DNA of 64,000 nucleotides from Candidatus Latescibacterota bacterium (GTDB lineage: Bacteria; Latescibacterota; UBA2968): the NCBI GenBank assembly GCA_965208125.1, contig OZ242320.1:5600001-5664000 (forward strand), read 5' to 3'. Position numbers and translations under genes: made by a program. Below, one piece after another: positions 29,160 to 39,570 of this stretch; the stretch's first letter is position 1, and each line of letters starts with the position of its first letter. Under the pieces are notes generated by a model that ran no database searches, was not told where the DNA came from, and worked only from the letters and a program-made list of their open reading frames with translations.

Positions 29160-30902
29160 ATGTCAGACCCCATTGTTTTATTTGAATCGCATCGCAGAGG
29201 TGAAAGTTTTCGTTTTTGCGACCCGCTCGATACCATCTGCGTTTCGCATCCCAAAGATGTTGGTCCCGCACTTGAACGCATTGAACGAGCTGTCCATTCG
29301 GGATTACACGCAGCGGGATTTATCTCTTATGAAGCCGCGTCGGGTCTGGATCCCGTATTAAAGACGCACATACCGGGAGATTTTCCGCTCATGTGGTTCG
29401 GCCTGTTTCGGCATCGAGAACATATCCCTGTCGGGACGCCAAACGGTGAGCACTACGATCTGGGCGCGTGGCATCCCTCTATTTCGCGCGCTACTTACGA
29501 TACCGCCCTGAATCGCATTCGAGACCTCATTATTGCCGGCGATACCTATCAGGTTAATTATTCCTTTCGTCTGCGAGCAAATTTTTCGGGTAATAGCCTT
29601 GGCTTTTACCGCGATCTTTGTCGGGCGCAACGCACGGATTATGCGGCGTATTTGGATATCGGGCGGTTTCAAATCCTATCGGCTTCGCCCGAATTGTTTT
29701 TTTTCTTAAAAAACGGCGTTCTGACCACACGTCCGATGAAAGGTACTGCGCCTCGAGGACGATGGTGGAAAGAAGACAAAGCGCGCGCAAAACAACTTCA
29801 AAAATCTGAGAAAGACCGCGCAGAAAACGTGATGATCGTCGATCTGCTGCGCAACGATTTAGGGCGCGTATCAAAAGCTGGCAGCGTGAAAGTGCCAGCA
29901 TTGTGGCATGTCGAACATTACGAAACCTTGTTGCAGATGACCTCAACAGTCACATCGCGCATGCGTCACGACGTGAGATTGTGCGAATTGGTGACCGCAC
30001 TCTTTCCGTGCGGCTCTGTAACCGGCGCACCCAAAGTGCGTACAATGGAAATTATCAAAGAAGTAGAGCAAGCTGCGCGGGGAATTTATACCGGAAGCAT
30101 TGGATACCTGTCACCGGGAGGTGACATGGCCTTTAATGTGGCGATTCGCACAGTCTGCATTGACCGCAAAATGGGTATTGCAGAATTTGGCGTAGGCAGT
30201 GGCATAACCTGTGATTCTTCAAGTGATGGCGAGTATGAAGAGTGTTTGACCAAAGCGCGCCTGCTCGCCGATCAACAACCTGTTTTTGACCTGTTTGAAA
30301 CCCTGCGATACGACGGCAAAAATGGGTTCTTTTTGCTAAATCGCCATATAGACCGGATAGAAGCGTCCGCGCGATATTTTGGATTTGCTTTTGATCGGTC
30401 AAGCATTCTATCTGCGCTCGAAAAGGCGGTATCGGGTCTGGGGAAATCACCACGCCGGGTGCGCCTTGTCCTGTCGCGCAAGGGCTGTGTACAGGTCGAA
30501 ACCGCACCACTGAAAAATACATCGCAAAATCGCGTACTTTCCTCCCGTATCTCACCGCTACCGGTTGACAGCCGCGATCCCCTATTATTTCACAAAACAA
30601 CGCGCCGCGAGCCCTATACCTCTCGATTAAAAATGTATCCAAACTGTGAAGAAATCATTCTCATCAACGAACGCGGCGAAGCAACAGAATGCAGCATTGG
30701 CAATCTCGTCGCCCAATTGGATGGTCTATATGTAACACCTCCCATCTCCTGTGGCCTGTTGGGAGGGACTTTTCGAGCTAAACTATTGTCTCGGGGAAAA
30801 CTCACAGAACGGGTGCTGAAGGTGAATGACCTGAAACGCGCGGAGGCACTCTACATGATCAATTCTGTGCGAAAATGGACAAGACTTAAACTCATAGATT
30901 AG
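29160..30902 (+). CDS. pabB: Aminodeoxychorismate synthase component I fused to an ADC-lyase-like (class IV aminotransferase) domain
   Basis: GDTYQVN, SPELFF, PMKGT, EKDRAENVMIVDLLRNDLGR, GSVTGAPK; C-terminal FETLR, HKTTRR, GLLGGTFR. Confidence 0.92.
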   Translation: MSDPIVLFESHRRGESFRFCDPLDTICVSHPKDVGPALERIERAVHSGLHAAGFISYEAASGLDPVLKTHIPGDFPLMWFGLFRHREHIPVGTPNGEHYDLGAWHPSISRATYDTALNRIRDLIIAGDTYQVNYSFRLRANFSGNSLGFYRDLCRAQRTDYAAYLDIGRFQILSASPELFFFLKNGVLTTRPMKGTAPRGRWWKEDKARAKQLQKSEKDRAENVMIVDLLRNDLGRVSKAGSVKVPALWHVEHYETLLQMTSTVTSRMRHDVRLCELVTALFPCGSVTGAPKVRTMEIIKEVEQAARGIYTGSIGYLSPGGDMAFNVAIRTVCIDRKMGIAEFGVGSGITCDSSSDGEYEECLTKARLLADQQPVFDLFETLRYDGKNGFFLLNRHIDRIEASARYFGFAFDRSSILSALEKAVSGLGKSPRRVRLVLSRKGCVQVETAPLKNTSQNRVLSSRISPLPVDSRDPLLFHKTTRREPYTSRLKMYPNCEEIILINERGEATECSIGNLVAQLDGLYVTPPISCGLLGGTFRAKLLSRGKLTERVLKVNDLKRAEALYMINSVRKWTRLKLID

Positions 30903-30911
30903 GAGATTTTT

Positions 30912-32114
30912 ATGTACCGCATCGGACAACCCGAAATCAAGCGCGTGGAAACCCTTCTGGAAAGCGGTGAAATTTTTCGCTATGGAAAGGCTGGCGAATG
31001 CGATCAGTTTGAAGCGGATTGGGGAAAGCGATTGGGCGGTGTACAGGTGCGGATGACCACAAGCGGCACGGCATCGCTTTATTGCGCCCTCATTGGTCTG
31101 AAAGTTGGACCTGGTGATTCGGTCATTGTGCCATCGTGTACCTATATGGCGACTGCTCTCGCCGTTGTTGCCGCGGGAGCCATGCCCATTATAGCCGAAG
31201 TAGATGAATCGATCACCCTCTCACCCGAAGATGTCGAACAAAAAATTGCCCCGCACACAAAAGCCATTATTCCCGTGCATATGTGGGGATTGCCCTGTAA
31301 TATGGACGCGCTGATGGACATAGCGGAAAAACGCGGGGTAAAAGTATTAGAAGATGCGTGCCAGGCCGTGGGCGGTGGATACAAAGGGCGCGAACTCGGA
31401 GCCATCGGGCATGCCGGGGCATTCAGCTTTAACTATTTCAAAAACATGACCAGCGGCGAAGGCGGCGCATTTGTCTCTGCCGATGAATCGGTATTTCGGC
31501 GCGGATCAGTGGCTGCAGATTGTTGTTCTTATTACTGGAACCCCGACGAACACCGCCCAGATGAACAATTTGCCGGATTGAATTTCAGAGCCACTGAAAT
31601 CTCCGGCACCATTCTAAACGCACAACTCGAGCGCATTGACGAAATGCTGGATCGCATGCGCGGCCACAAACGGACCCTGACAAAAGTGGGCGAAGACGCG
31701 GGTCTGACATCCATTACAAACAACTGCCTGGATTGCGAATGCGGTACCCATGTCGGCTTTATTTTCGATTCTGAAAAAATTGCACGCGCCTTTGCCAAAC
31801 GGATATCGGAATTGAAAGGACGCGCCTTTTTGCCCATCGATACCGGGCGACATGTTTACACGCGATGGGATCCCATTATGCGAAAGCAGGGCGCACACCA
31901 TCCCGCGCTCGATCCATTTAATCTACCGCAAAATAAGGCATTGAATATCGAATATTCAATGGACATGTGCCCCAGGTCGCTGGATATCTTGAGCCGCGCA
32001 GTACTCATTGGCATGCACCCGGACAACGACCGAGAAAAAATAGACGAACTTGCAGATGCCATCCGGGAATCTGCACATATCGTAAAACATCGTGAAAAGG
32101 AGATTCTGGCATGA
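30912..32114 (+). CDS. DegT/DnrJ/EryC1/StrS aminotransferase
   Basis: TSGTASL, IIPVHMWG, LEDACQA, FSFNYFKNMTSGEGG. Confidence 0.92.
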   Translation: MYRIGQPEIKRVETLLESGEIFRYGKAGECDQFEADWGKRLGGVQVRMTTSGTASLYCALIGLKVGPGDSVIVPSCTYMATALAVVAAGAMPIIAEVDESITLSPEDVEQKIAPHTKAIIPVHMWGLPCNMDALMDIAEKRGVKVLEDACQAVGGGYKGRELGAIGHAGAFSFNYFKNMTSGEGGAFVSADESVFRRGSVAADCCSYYWNPDEHRPDEQFAGLNFRATEISGTILNAQLERIDEMLDRMRGHKRTLTKVGEDAGLTSITNNCLDCECGTHVGFIFDSEKIARAFAKRISELKGRAFLPIDTGRHVYTRWDPIMRKQGAHHPALDPFNLPQNKALNIEYSMDMCPRSLDILSRAVLIGMHPDNDREKIDELADAIRESAHIVKHREKEILA

Positions 32115-32734
32115 AAATGCAATGGATGTTGATTCTGATTTTGACTCTGAGTAACACTGTATTGGCTGCGCCGAGTAAACCCGCACCTCGCAAACCCAAG
32201 GAAGGCCAAAACGAAGTCGCGATCCGTCACCACAAAGAAGGCTTGCGCCATCGGGATGCGGCCTGGGTCTATGAAGAAAAAATGTCGGGCATAGAAGGAG
32301 AAGAGCGAGAAAAATACGCGCGGTTTATCCAGGACCTGTACAATCGCGCAAAGGGAGAGTTTGCAAAAGCAACCGAGTTGGACTCCACCTATTACCAGGC
32401 ATTTAGCAGTTTGGGATACGTCAAGCGCAAAACCGGGGATATAGACGGAGCAATGGCAGCGTACAATCGCGCTTTGACATTAAATCCAAACTACGCAGAA
32501 GCCATTGAATATCGCGCAGAAGCGTATTTGATCATGGGACAGGTGGAAGAAATGAAAAAAGCGTATGGGGTATTGGCCGCACTGAACCGCCCTCACGCAG
32601 CGCGATTGTTGACCTTTGTAACACAATGGGCAGATGGCGCAACCGATGCAGATATGGCGACCTCTTTGCGGACATGGGCATCTGAACAAAAAGAAAAACT
32701 CGGTGAGGTAAAAACATTTGTCGAGAAGTGGTGA
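32111..32734 (+). CDS. Secreted TPR protein
   Basis: Signal peptide; TPRs (YNRALTLNPNYAEAIEYRAEAYL). Confidence 0.8.
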   Translation: MKMQWMLILILTLSNTVLAAPSKPAPRKPKEGQNEVAIRHHKEGLRHRDAAWVYEEKMSGIEGEEREKYARFIQDLYNRAKGEFAKATELDSTYYQAFSSLGYVKRKTGDIDGAMAAYNRALTLNPNYAEAIEYRAEAYLIMGQVEEMKKAYGVLAALNRPHAARLLTFVTQWADGATDADMATSLRTWASEQKEKLGEVKTFVEKW

Positions 32735-32782
32735 TCCGCAGATGACGCAGATGAAAAAGAGGGGCTGGGGTGTGCGGGCTGA

Positions 32783-33496
32783 CTACTGACTACTGACTAC
32801 TGAAGTAATCAAACCAATAAAACCACCAAAAACCCCGCCCCAAACAACCAGCCAGCCCAGATGTTTGTGAATCATATCCTGGACTATGGTCTTAACCATT
32901 TCGGGTGTCAACTCGTTTAGACGCTGCATAACAATGGCATCGACCCTATCAATCATTTCGTCCGTATAACTCGCGGTATTCAATCCCCTCTGGATGGCAT
33001 CGAGAAATTTGGGTGAAGAGAGCAAGAGGCGAATTTCTGCCTGAACTTTTTCGACAAAAGGATCTTTGAGAGGCTGTAATATCGCCGCACCGCCGATCAT
33101 ATTGATCATGCCGCCAAAAGGAGAAGTCATAACAGCCTCCATCAGGCGACTGAAGATGCGGTCGCAGTCAACGGCCTCAATAATGGGGTCGGCATCAAAT
33201 TCATCTGGAATTTTTTGTTCGGCGAGAAATTTTTTAACATTTTCAGCGGTAAAAAACTGATTCATAATCAAAGCGTGGATACCCGTCTTAAATTCTTCAA
33301 ATCGGCTCGGCACAACGCCCGAACCGTAGAGTCCCGGTACTTTCTCAAAAAGCATGTAAACCGCCAACCAGTTGGTCAAAGCGCCCGAAGTTGCAAAAAG
33401 CCCAACCGCGAGTAAATGATCGGAATAAACAGGACTGACATAACCTGCGCCGATCGTGCCAACCGCGAGCAGATTTGTCACAAGACTTTTATTCAT
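32783..33496 (-). CDS. DUF445 family membrane protein
   Basis: Start MNKSLVTN; GALTNWLAVYMLF, GLYGSGV, HLGWLVVWGGVFGG. Confidence 0.88.
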   Translation of the reverse strand: MNKSLVTNLLAVGTIGAGYVSPVYSDHLLAVGLFATSGALTNWLAVYMLFEKVPGLYGSGVVPSRFEEFKTGIHALIMNQFFTAENVKKFLAEQKIPDEFDADPIIEAVDCDRIFSRLMEAVMTSPFGGMINMIGGAAILQPLKDPFVEKVQAEIRLLLSSPKFLDAIQRGLNTASYTDEMIDRVDAIVMQRLNELTPEMVKTIVQDMIHKHLGWLVVWGGVFGGFIGLITSVVSSQ

Positions 33497-33518
33497 ACTG
33501 GTTTCCTTACAGGGAATC

Positions 33519-34595
33519 TCATGCGTGGAGATAACAGAACAACGTGGCAATCAGATTGTCAAAAACGCGCAGACGGCAGACCTCATAACCATGGGAATTT
33601 TCTCTCGGATACCCAATAGTTGCAGCCCGGGGCGCGTGGCCCGCCTGAAGAACGCCCGAGGCATCGGACGCCGCGCGATCGTACACGGCGTATTGCAACT
33701 CTGTACCCGCGCGTTGAGCCGCTGCTGCGAGGTCGGCAATCAGGCCCTGATCAAAATGCATCTGGCTATCTCTTGACCAGATCGCCGGACGACCATCGAG
33801 CTGAAGTTGTTGGTTCCTCGGCATAGGGGCAGAATCAACCGCGATAAAAATTTCGACCGGATTTCGCGCTGTCCAACCGCGTGCCCCAATCAATCCAGTT
33901 TCTTCCTGAACGAGAAAACACAAACAGGTAGTGCGACTGGGCTGTGTCTTTTCTTCCGAAATGCGCTGAAGCAGGCGCAACAGTGTGAGACTCCCGCCCC
34001 GGTTGTCAAATAACCACGCGGAAACGAGCGGATCGTCGGGTGGCCCAAAAAAATGAGGACCGCGCACACCGGCCACTGGCACAGCAGTCGATCCAACGCG
34101 CACGCCTGCGCGGGAAAGCTGATCAGGTGTCAAACCAGTAAGCAAATGACAATAGGGCCAGGTAATGCCGCTTTGCCCCGTTGCAAATTGCGTGTTGGGA
34201 TCCGAGGGATCAGTCGTATGCGTAGAACCAAAACAGAGATGTGCCGCAACCGTCTCTGCGCCATCTGAAACGATTTCAACAGGACATTCGCCGAGTTTCC
34301 AGGGATGCAACCCACCACTCGGGCGCACCTGCAACGTACCATCGGCATTAATCGCGGTAATCACCATAGCGAGTTCGTCCATGTGGCTGGCAAGCGCGAT
34401 GCGCCCCAGATCGGGATTTTGCCCGGGAATTTCCACCCAAACATTGCCCTGCTGGTCTTGTTTCGGTGCATGCCCCAAATCGGCAATGCGATCCATAATA
34501 ACCCGGGCCATAAGTTCTTCGCGGCCCGATGGCGCAGGAACGCGCAAAAGGTCTGACAGCAGAAGTACATTGGGATCATCTTGAGGATAGGACAT
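33519..34595 (-). CDS. M42 family metallopeptidase
   Basis: APSGRE, SHMDE, FDNRGG, VQEETG, SD, HGYE. Confidence 0.85.
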   Translation of the reverse strand: MSYPQDDPNVLLLSDLLRVPAPSGREELMARVIMDRIADLGHAPKQDQQGNVWVEIPGQNPDLGRIALASHMDELAMVITAINADGTLQVRPSGGLHPWKLGECPVEIVSDGAETVAAHLCFGSTHTTDPSDPNTQFATGQSGITWPYCHLLTGLTPDQLSRAGVRVGSTAVPVAGVRGPHFFGPPDDPLVSAWLFDNRGGSLTLLRLLQRISEEKTQPSRTTCLCFLVQEETGLIGARGWTARNPVEIFIAVDSAPMPRNQQLQLDGRPAIWSRDSQMHFDQGLIADLAAAAQRAGTELQYAVYDRAASDASGVLQAGHAPRAATIGYPRENSHGYEVCRLRVFDNLIATLFCYLHA

Positions 34596-34751
34596 AGATC
34601 TTCACCTTTTCGTTTCATGTTTATTATCGACCATTAAGAATACGCTGGCGTGTACAATTTATCAAGTGCTTTCAAAATTCCTGAAGCCTTTTGGTGTATT
34701 ATCCGTCCAATGATTTGACATAAACTCTTACACCCTTTTATATAAAAAAAT

Positions 34752-37700
34752 ATGAACCGCCAATCTTCCCTACTACCGCGCATTTCAGTGAATCGCCCCG
34801 TTACGGTTGCGATGTGCCTGGTCGCGTTATTACTGGTGGGTATTATGGCCTATTTTCGCGTACCGGTGAAATTTTTCCCCTCGGGATTTACACCGGCTTT
34901 TTTGTATGTGGATATTGAATACAATCACCGCAATGCCTCGCCCCAGGAAGCCGAACAACAAATCGCTCGCCCGCTGGAAGAGCAATTGCGCGCCGTAAAA
35001 GGCATAAAGAAAATTCGCACGTACAGCGCGTCTTATGGCGTGGATGCGCCCATTGAGTTTCAGCCCGATACAGATATGGTCCTGGCTTATAATCAGGTGG
35101 TCGATCGCCTTGAGCGTCTCAAATTAGAATTGCCCGAGGAAGTGCGCGATCAAGTCTATGTGTATAAATTTAATGTAGATAGCTGGTCCATTATGTGGGC
35201 GGGCGTCTCTCTGGATTCATCGGTTGTCGATCCCTACCAGTTCTTAAACCTGCATGTGAAACGGCGTTTGGAGCGGGTCGAGGGCGTGGGCAGAGTCAGC
35301 TTTTGGGGCGTGGATGAGAAAGAAGTCATGATTGAACTCAGCCACGAGCGATTGATGACCCGGGGGGTGGATTTGGGAACGGTGGTGCAATCGCTGCGCT
35401 CGGACAACTTCGCGCTTTCGGTCGGGCATGTTCGCGAAGGCGGCAAGCGATTTTTTGTGCGATCGCTCGCCAAATATCAAAGTATAGATGAAATCAAAAA
35501 TATTCTCATCCGCACGCCACGGGGTGAAGTCCGCCTTGGAGATATATCAGACGTGGTTTACGATATTCCCGGACGGTCATGGTTTCAGCGCATTGATGGG
35601 CGAGAGGCTGTATCGATCGCGATTTATCAAGAATCGGGCGCCAATATTGTAGAAGTATGCGAGCGCGTGGTGGTGGCTTTTCAGGAGATTGAAAACGATC
35701 CGTTGATGGAAAAAAAGATCGATTTTAATGTGTTTTTTAATCAGGGCGAATACATCAGCGATTCGATTCGCAATTTGGAAACCACAGGACTTTGGGGTGG
35801 GCTATTTGCCGCAATGGTCTTGCTATTCTTTTTGCGAACATTGCGGATGACGGCGATTATCACCCTATCTATCCCCCTGTGTGTGATGATTACAATTACG
35901 GCACTTTATTTTCTCGGTTGGTCGCTCAATGTCCTGACCATGATGGGACTGATGGTAGGCGTGGGGATGGTGGTCGATAATGCCATTGTGATCCTGGAAA
36001 ACATCTATCGCATGCGCGGCAAAGGGCTACCCACCAAAGAAGCGGCCATCGCAGGTGCTGGCGAAGTCGGGTTGGCGATCACCATGGCAACGCTGACAAC
36101 CGTCGTCGTATTTTTGCCGCTGATGCTGATGAGCGGCAGTGTAGAACTGACCTTTTTTCTCGCGCGCATTGGTGTGCCAGTTGTGGTCGCACTTGTTGGA
36201 TCGCTATTTGTGGCACTCATTTTTATTCCACAGGCATCATTGCGCTTTGGAAGTTCCCAGGTCAAATCCGACCCCGCGATAATTCAACGCACGCGCCATT
36301 ATTACGCACGCATGCTGAACTGGACACTCACCCACCGGCGCGATGCATTTTTGATCGCCCTCGCCCTGCTCGGAAGCATCAGCTATCCAATGAACGAACT
36401 CAAACGCGGCGATTCGGACGGCAGCATGCTCAACGATTTTCGCATCGAGTTTAGTTTTCCAAAGGATTTTGGCATTCGCGATGCCAGCGACACAATCGCA
36501 GAAGTCGAGGATTTTTTAGATGCCCGCCGCGAGAAATACGGGATTGAAACCATGCGCGTGTGGTTCAGATCTACGTATGGCTCCATTCACGTCTTTCTGA
36601 AAAAGACCAATGAGGCGTGGTGGCAGACAACCTATAAATCCGTACGCGCATTGATCGGTATTCCCATACAACAGCACTTACCGCGCAACGCCGTGATCGA
36701 AGACCTGAAAAAGCACGCCCCCCAATTTGTAGGTGTCAAAGTGGCTGTACAGGGGCAAAGCAGAAGCGGTGGTGAAGGCGGTGATTCTGCCGTTTCACTG
36801 GCTCTCTATGGAGATGATGTCGATGTGCTCGCGGATCTGGTGCAAGAGGTTGACCGACGGCTAAAAGAAATCCCATCGGTCATAAGCGTAGATTCAGACC
36901 TGGAACGCGCCAATGATGAGGTACAGGTCATTATTGACCGGGAACGCGCACAAAAATTAGGACTCGTAGCTCGAGACGTGGGACGCAGCATTGGTTTCGC
37001 CCTCCAGGGCGTACAATTGCCCTATCTCCAGTCTGACAACCACGAAATCAGGGTGCGGCTGTATTTGGAAAAATTGAACCAGCAAACACTGCAACGCCTG
37101 AAGCGTTTGACTTTTCCTTCTGAAACGGGCGCACAGGTTTCATTGCTGGATTTTGCCACCCTGCGCGTAAATCAGGGGCGCGGCACCATCAGACGCGAAG
37201 ATGGCAAAACGAGGTTGCGGGTGCGGGCTTTCACGACTGAAGAAGATGTCAAAGAGCTATATGGAGAAATTGACCGCGCAATGGAAGGATTTGAAATGCC
37301 GCGCGGTTATACCTGGGACAAAGGCGAAAGATATTCCAAGCTGAGGGAAGAAGATTATACTATGTATTTTGCCGCGATTATGGCCGTGACCTGTGTCTTC
37401 CTTTTGATGGGCGTTTTGTTCGAATCTTTTATACTGCCATTTTCTGTTTTGTTTTCCATCCCCTTTGCCTTTCTGGGAGTTTATTGGACATTATTTGCGA
37501 CCCAAACACCTATGGAAGGGTTGGCCATGGTAGGCATCATTGTGCTCATCGGTGTGGTCGTCAACAATGCGATTGTACTGGTCGATATGGTGAACCGCCT
37601 GCGCGCAGAGGGCATGCATCGAACCGCTGCAATCATGGAGGCAGGCGCAAATCGTTTCCGCCCCATTATGATGACGACATTTACAACAGTCTGCGGCCTT

Positions 37701-37925
37701 TTGCCAATGGCTCTGGGAAGCAGTAAAGTTCTGGGCCAGCCCTATGCACCTATGGGATTCACCATGATCGGTGGCCTGCTCTCTTCGACCCTGCTCACCC
37801 TGCTGCTCGTACCCCTGTTTTACACATTTTTGGATGACTTGCGCTCAGCCCTCAAAAGGTTGACAAGCAGTACCCTCAACGCGCTAAAAGTTGGCGATAC
37901 ACAAGCGGCGGACCTGGCGGATTAA
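34752..37925 (+). CDS. RND efflux transporter, AcrB/AcrD/AcrF family
   Basis: GMVVDNAIVILENI, GVVVNNAIVLVD, RFRPIMMT; 1057 aa. Confidence 0.93.
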   Translation: MNRQSSLLPRISVNRPVTVAMCLVALLLVGIMAYFRVPVKFFPSGFTPAFLYVDIEYNHRNASPQEAEQQIARPLEEQLRAVKGIKKIRTYSASYGVDAPIEFQPDTDMVLAYNQVVDRLERLKLELPEEVRDQVYVYKFNVDSWSIMWAGVSLDSSVVDPYQFLNLHVKRRLERVEGVGRVSFWGVDEKEVMIELSHERLMTRGVDLGTVVQSLRSDNFALSVGHVREGGKRFFVRSLAKYQSIDEIKNILIRTPRGEVRLGDISDVVYDIPGRSWFQRIDGREAVSIAIYQESGANIVEVCERVVVAFQEIENDPLMEKKIDFNVFFNQGEYISDSIRNLETTGLWGGLFAAMVLLFFLRTLRMTAIITLSIPLCVMITITALYFLGWSLNVLTMMGLMVGVGMVVDNAIVILENIYRMRGKGLPTKEAAIAGAGEVGLAITMATLTTVVVFLPLMLMSGSVELTFFLARIGVPVVVALVGSLFVALIFIPQASLRFGSSQVKSDPAIIQRTRHYYARMLNWTLTHRRDAFLIALALLGSISYPMNELKRGDSDGSMLNDFRIEFSFPKDFGIRDASDTIAEVEDFLDARREKYGIETMRVWFRSTYGSIHVFLKKTNEAWWQTTYKSVRALIGIPIQQHLPRNAVIEDLKKHAPQFVGVKVAVQGQSRSGGEGGDSAVSLALYGDDVDVLADLVQEVDRRLKEIPSVISVDSDLERANDEVQVIIDRERAQKLGLVARDVGRSIGFALQGVQLPYLQSDNHEIRVRLYLEKLNQQTLQRLKRLTFPSETGAQVSLLDFATLRVNQGRGTIRREDGKTRLRVRAFTTEEDVKELYGEIDRAMEGFEMPRGYTWDKGERYSKLREEDYTMYFAAIMAVTCVFLLMGVLFESFILPFSVLFSIPFAFLGVYWTLFATQTPMEGLAMVGIIVLIGVVVNNAIVLVDMVNRLRAEGMHRTAAIMEAGANRFRPIMMTTFTTVCGLLPMALGSSKVLGQPYAPMGFTMIGGLLSSTLLTLLLVPLFYTFLDDLRSALKRLTSSTLNALKVGDTQAADLAD

Positions 37926-37951
37926 AGAGAGATTTTCTTCATGTTTGAACC

Positions 37952-38977
37952 TCACGAAAGTTCGACATCCACAGGAGCTTTTCGCTCAATACTATCGCAA
38001 ATCGCCTCGCATACCACCATCGCCTGACACGCATCTCTCAGAGTTGGCGAATTTGACACACCCTTTTGTACAGCCCGCGCAAAAGCCTGCATTTGCCCCC
38101 AGTACCCACCTCGTTTTTCCGCATTGTCCCGCACCGCGGGTAAATAAGACTGGGCTGGAATACCGGGCGAAGGCTGGTATCCCCCTTCGGGCGAGTGGGG
38201 TTCAAAATCCAGCGTATGCAAATTCACCAGACGCAAATGCGCTCGTGCATCGCCTGCCGCTTCAATCTTACACGTCCAATTTGGGGTACAACCCGTCAGC
38301 GTAATCATTCCAGTAGCACCACTATCAAAATGCGCGGTACAGGCAATTGCAAATCGCCCGCCCTCACCGACCGACAAATCCGCGTAAACCCGCTCGATTT
38401 CCCCGCCCAAAAAACGCGCGAGATCTACCGCATGCGTTGACTGAAAAATCATATACTGCCAGCCCGCGCGATAGTCCATATCGTCTGGCCACATCGGACC
38501 TGGCATAAAATATCGACTCTCCAAAAAAAGCAATTTTCCAAACTCGGGCGTCGCCATCAGTTCTCGAAATTTTTGTACCCCAGGCGCGTGTCGCATATTG
38601 TGACCAATCTGCGTAATCAGCCCTCGTCCCTCAGCCATATCGGCCAACTCCCGCGCATGGGCGGTTAAACGCGCCGGAGGCTTCTCCATCATCAACGGCA
38701 ACCCCGCCGCCAGCACCTGCCTGCCGCACTCAAAATGCATATCCGGCGGCCCCACGACCATCACGGCATCCAGGTCTTCCTTCTCTATCATATCAGACAA
38801 ATTTGTGTACCATCTTCTCGCCCCAAAAAACCGCGCATTCCGCTCGGCCAGCGCCGCTTGCAGATCACAGCAGGCGTATAAATCCAATTCTGGTATGGTT
38901 GCAAAATTGGGATACCACGATGCACTCGCCTGTTTCCCACAGCCAACAAACCCAACGCGAACAGGTGCATCACTCAT
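37952..38977 (-). CDS. Gfo/Idh/MocA oxidoreductase
   Basis: VGFVGCG, MEKP, GHNMR, HAVDLARF. Confidence 0.9.
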   Translation of the reverse strand: MSDAPVRVGFVGCGKQASASWYPNFATIPELDLYACCDLQAALAERNARFFGARRWYTNLSDMIEKEDLDAVMVVGPPDMHFECGRQVLAAGLPLMMEKPPARLTAHARELADMAEGRGLITQIGHNMRHAPGVQKFRELMATPEFGKLLFLESRYFMPGPMWPDDMDYRAGWQYMIFQSTHAVDLARFLGGEIERVYADLSVGEGGRFAIACTAHFDSGATGMITLTGCTPNWTCKIEAAGDARAHLRLVNLHTLDFEPHSPEGGYQPSPGIPAQSYLPAVRDNAEKRGGYWGQMQAFARAVQKGVSNSPTLRDACQAMVVCEAICDSIERKAPVDVELS

Positions 38978-39522
38978 TTCTCACCTCTCAGTTTATTGCG
39001 AAACGACTTGCGAAACTTTTGCACCTTGGGATTGATGACAAAGATGCAATAAGGTTGATATGGATTATCGACAAAATAATTCTGATGATACGCTTCCCCC
39101 TCGTAAAATATTGGAAGCGGAGCAATCTCAGTCACAATCGGATCGGCCCACAAATCCGACGCATCTGTCTCGGCCTTTGACTGCTCGGCAATGCTCTTCT
39201 GCTGTTCATCGTGATAATAGATCACCGACCGATACTGCGTACCCACGTCATTCCCCTGGCGATTCAATGTCGTTGGATCATGTGTGCGCCAGAAAATGAA
39301 CAAAATCTCCTCAAACGAAATCACAGTCGGATCAAACACAATCTGCACCACCTCGGCGTGCCCTGTGGTACCTGAACACACCTCATGGTACGTCGGGTTC
39401 TCTACCGCTCCCCCTGCGTACCCTGACACGACTTTATGCACGCCAATCACATCCTGATAAATCGCCTCCACACACCAAAAACACCCGCCTCCAAGCGTCG
39501 CGGTCTCCATTGTCCTGGACAT
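38974..39522 (-). CDS. msrA: Peptide-methionine (S)-S-oxide reductase MsrA
   Basis: GGGCFWC, GYAGG, GHAEVVQ, RQGNDVGTQYRS, YHQNY. Confidence 0.97.
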   Translation of the reverse strand: MSRTMETATLGGGCFWCVEAIYQDVIGVHKVVSGYAGGAVENPTYHEVCSGTTGHAEVVQIVFDPTVISFEEILFIFWRTHDPTTLNRQGNDVGTQYRSVIYYHDEQQKSIAEQSKAETDASDLWADPIVTEIAPLPIFYEGEAYHQNYFVDNPYQPYCIFVINPKVQKFRKSFRNKLRGEK

Positions 39523-39570
39523 ATCGATACTCCTTATTTAGGTGCTTATGTCTTGCACGCCCGATGTTCT

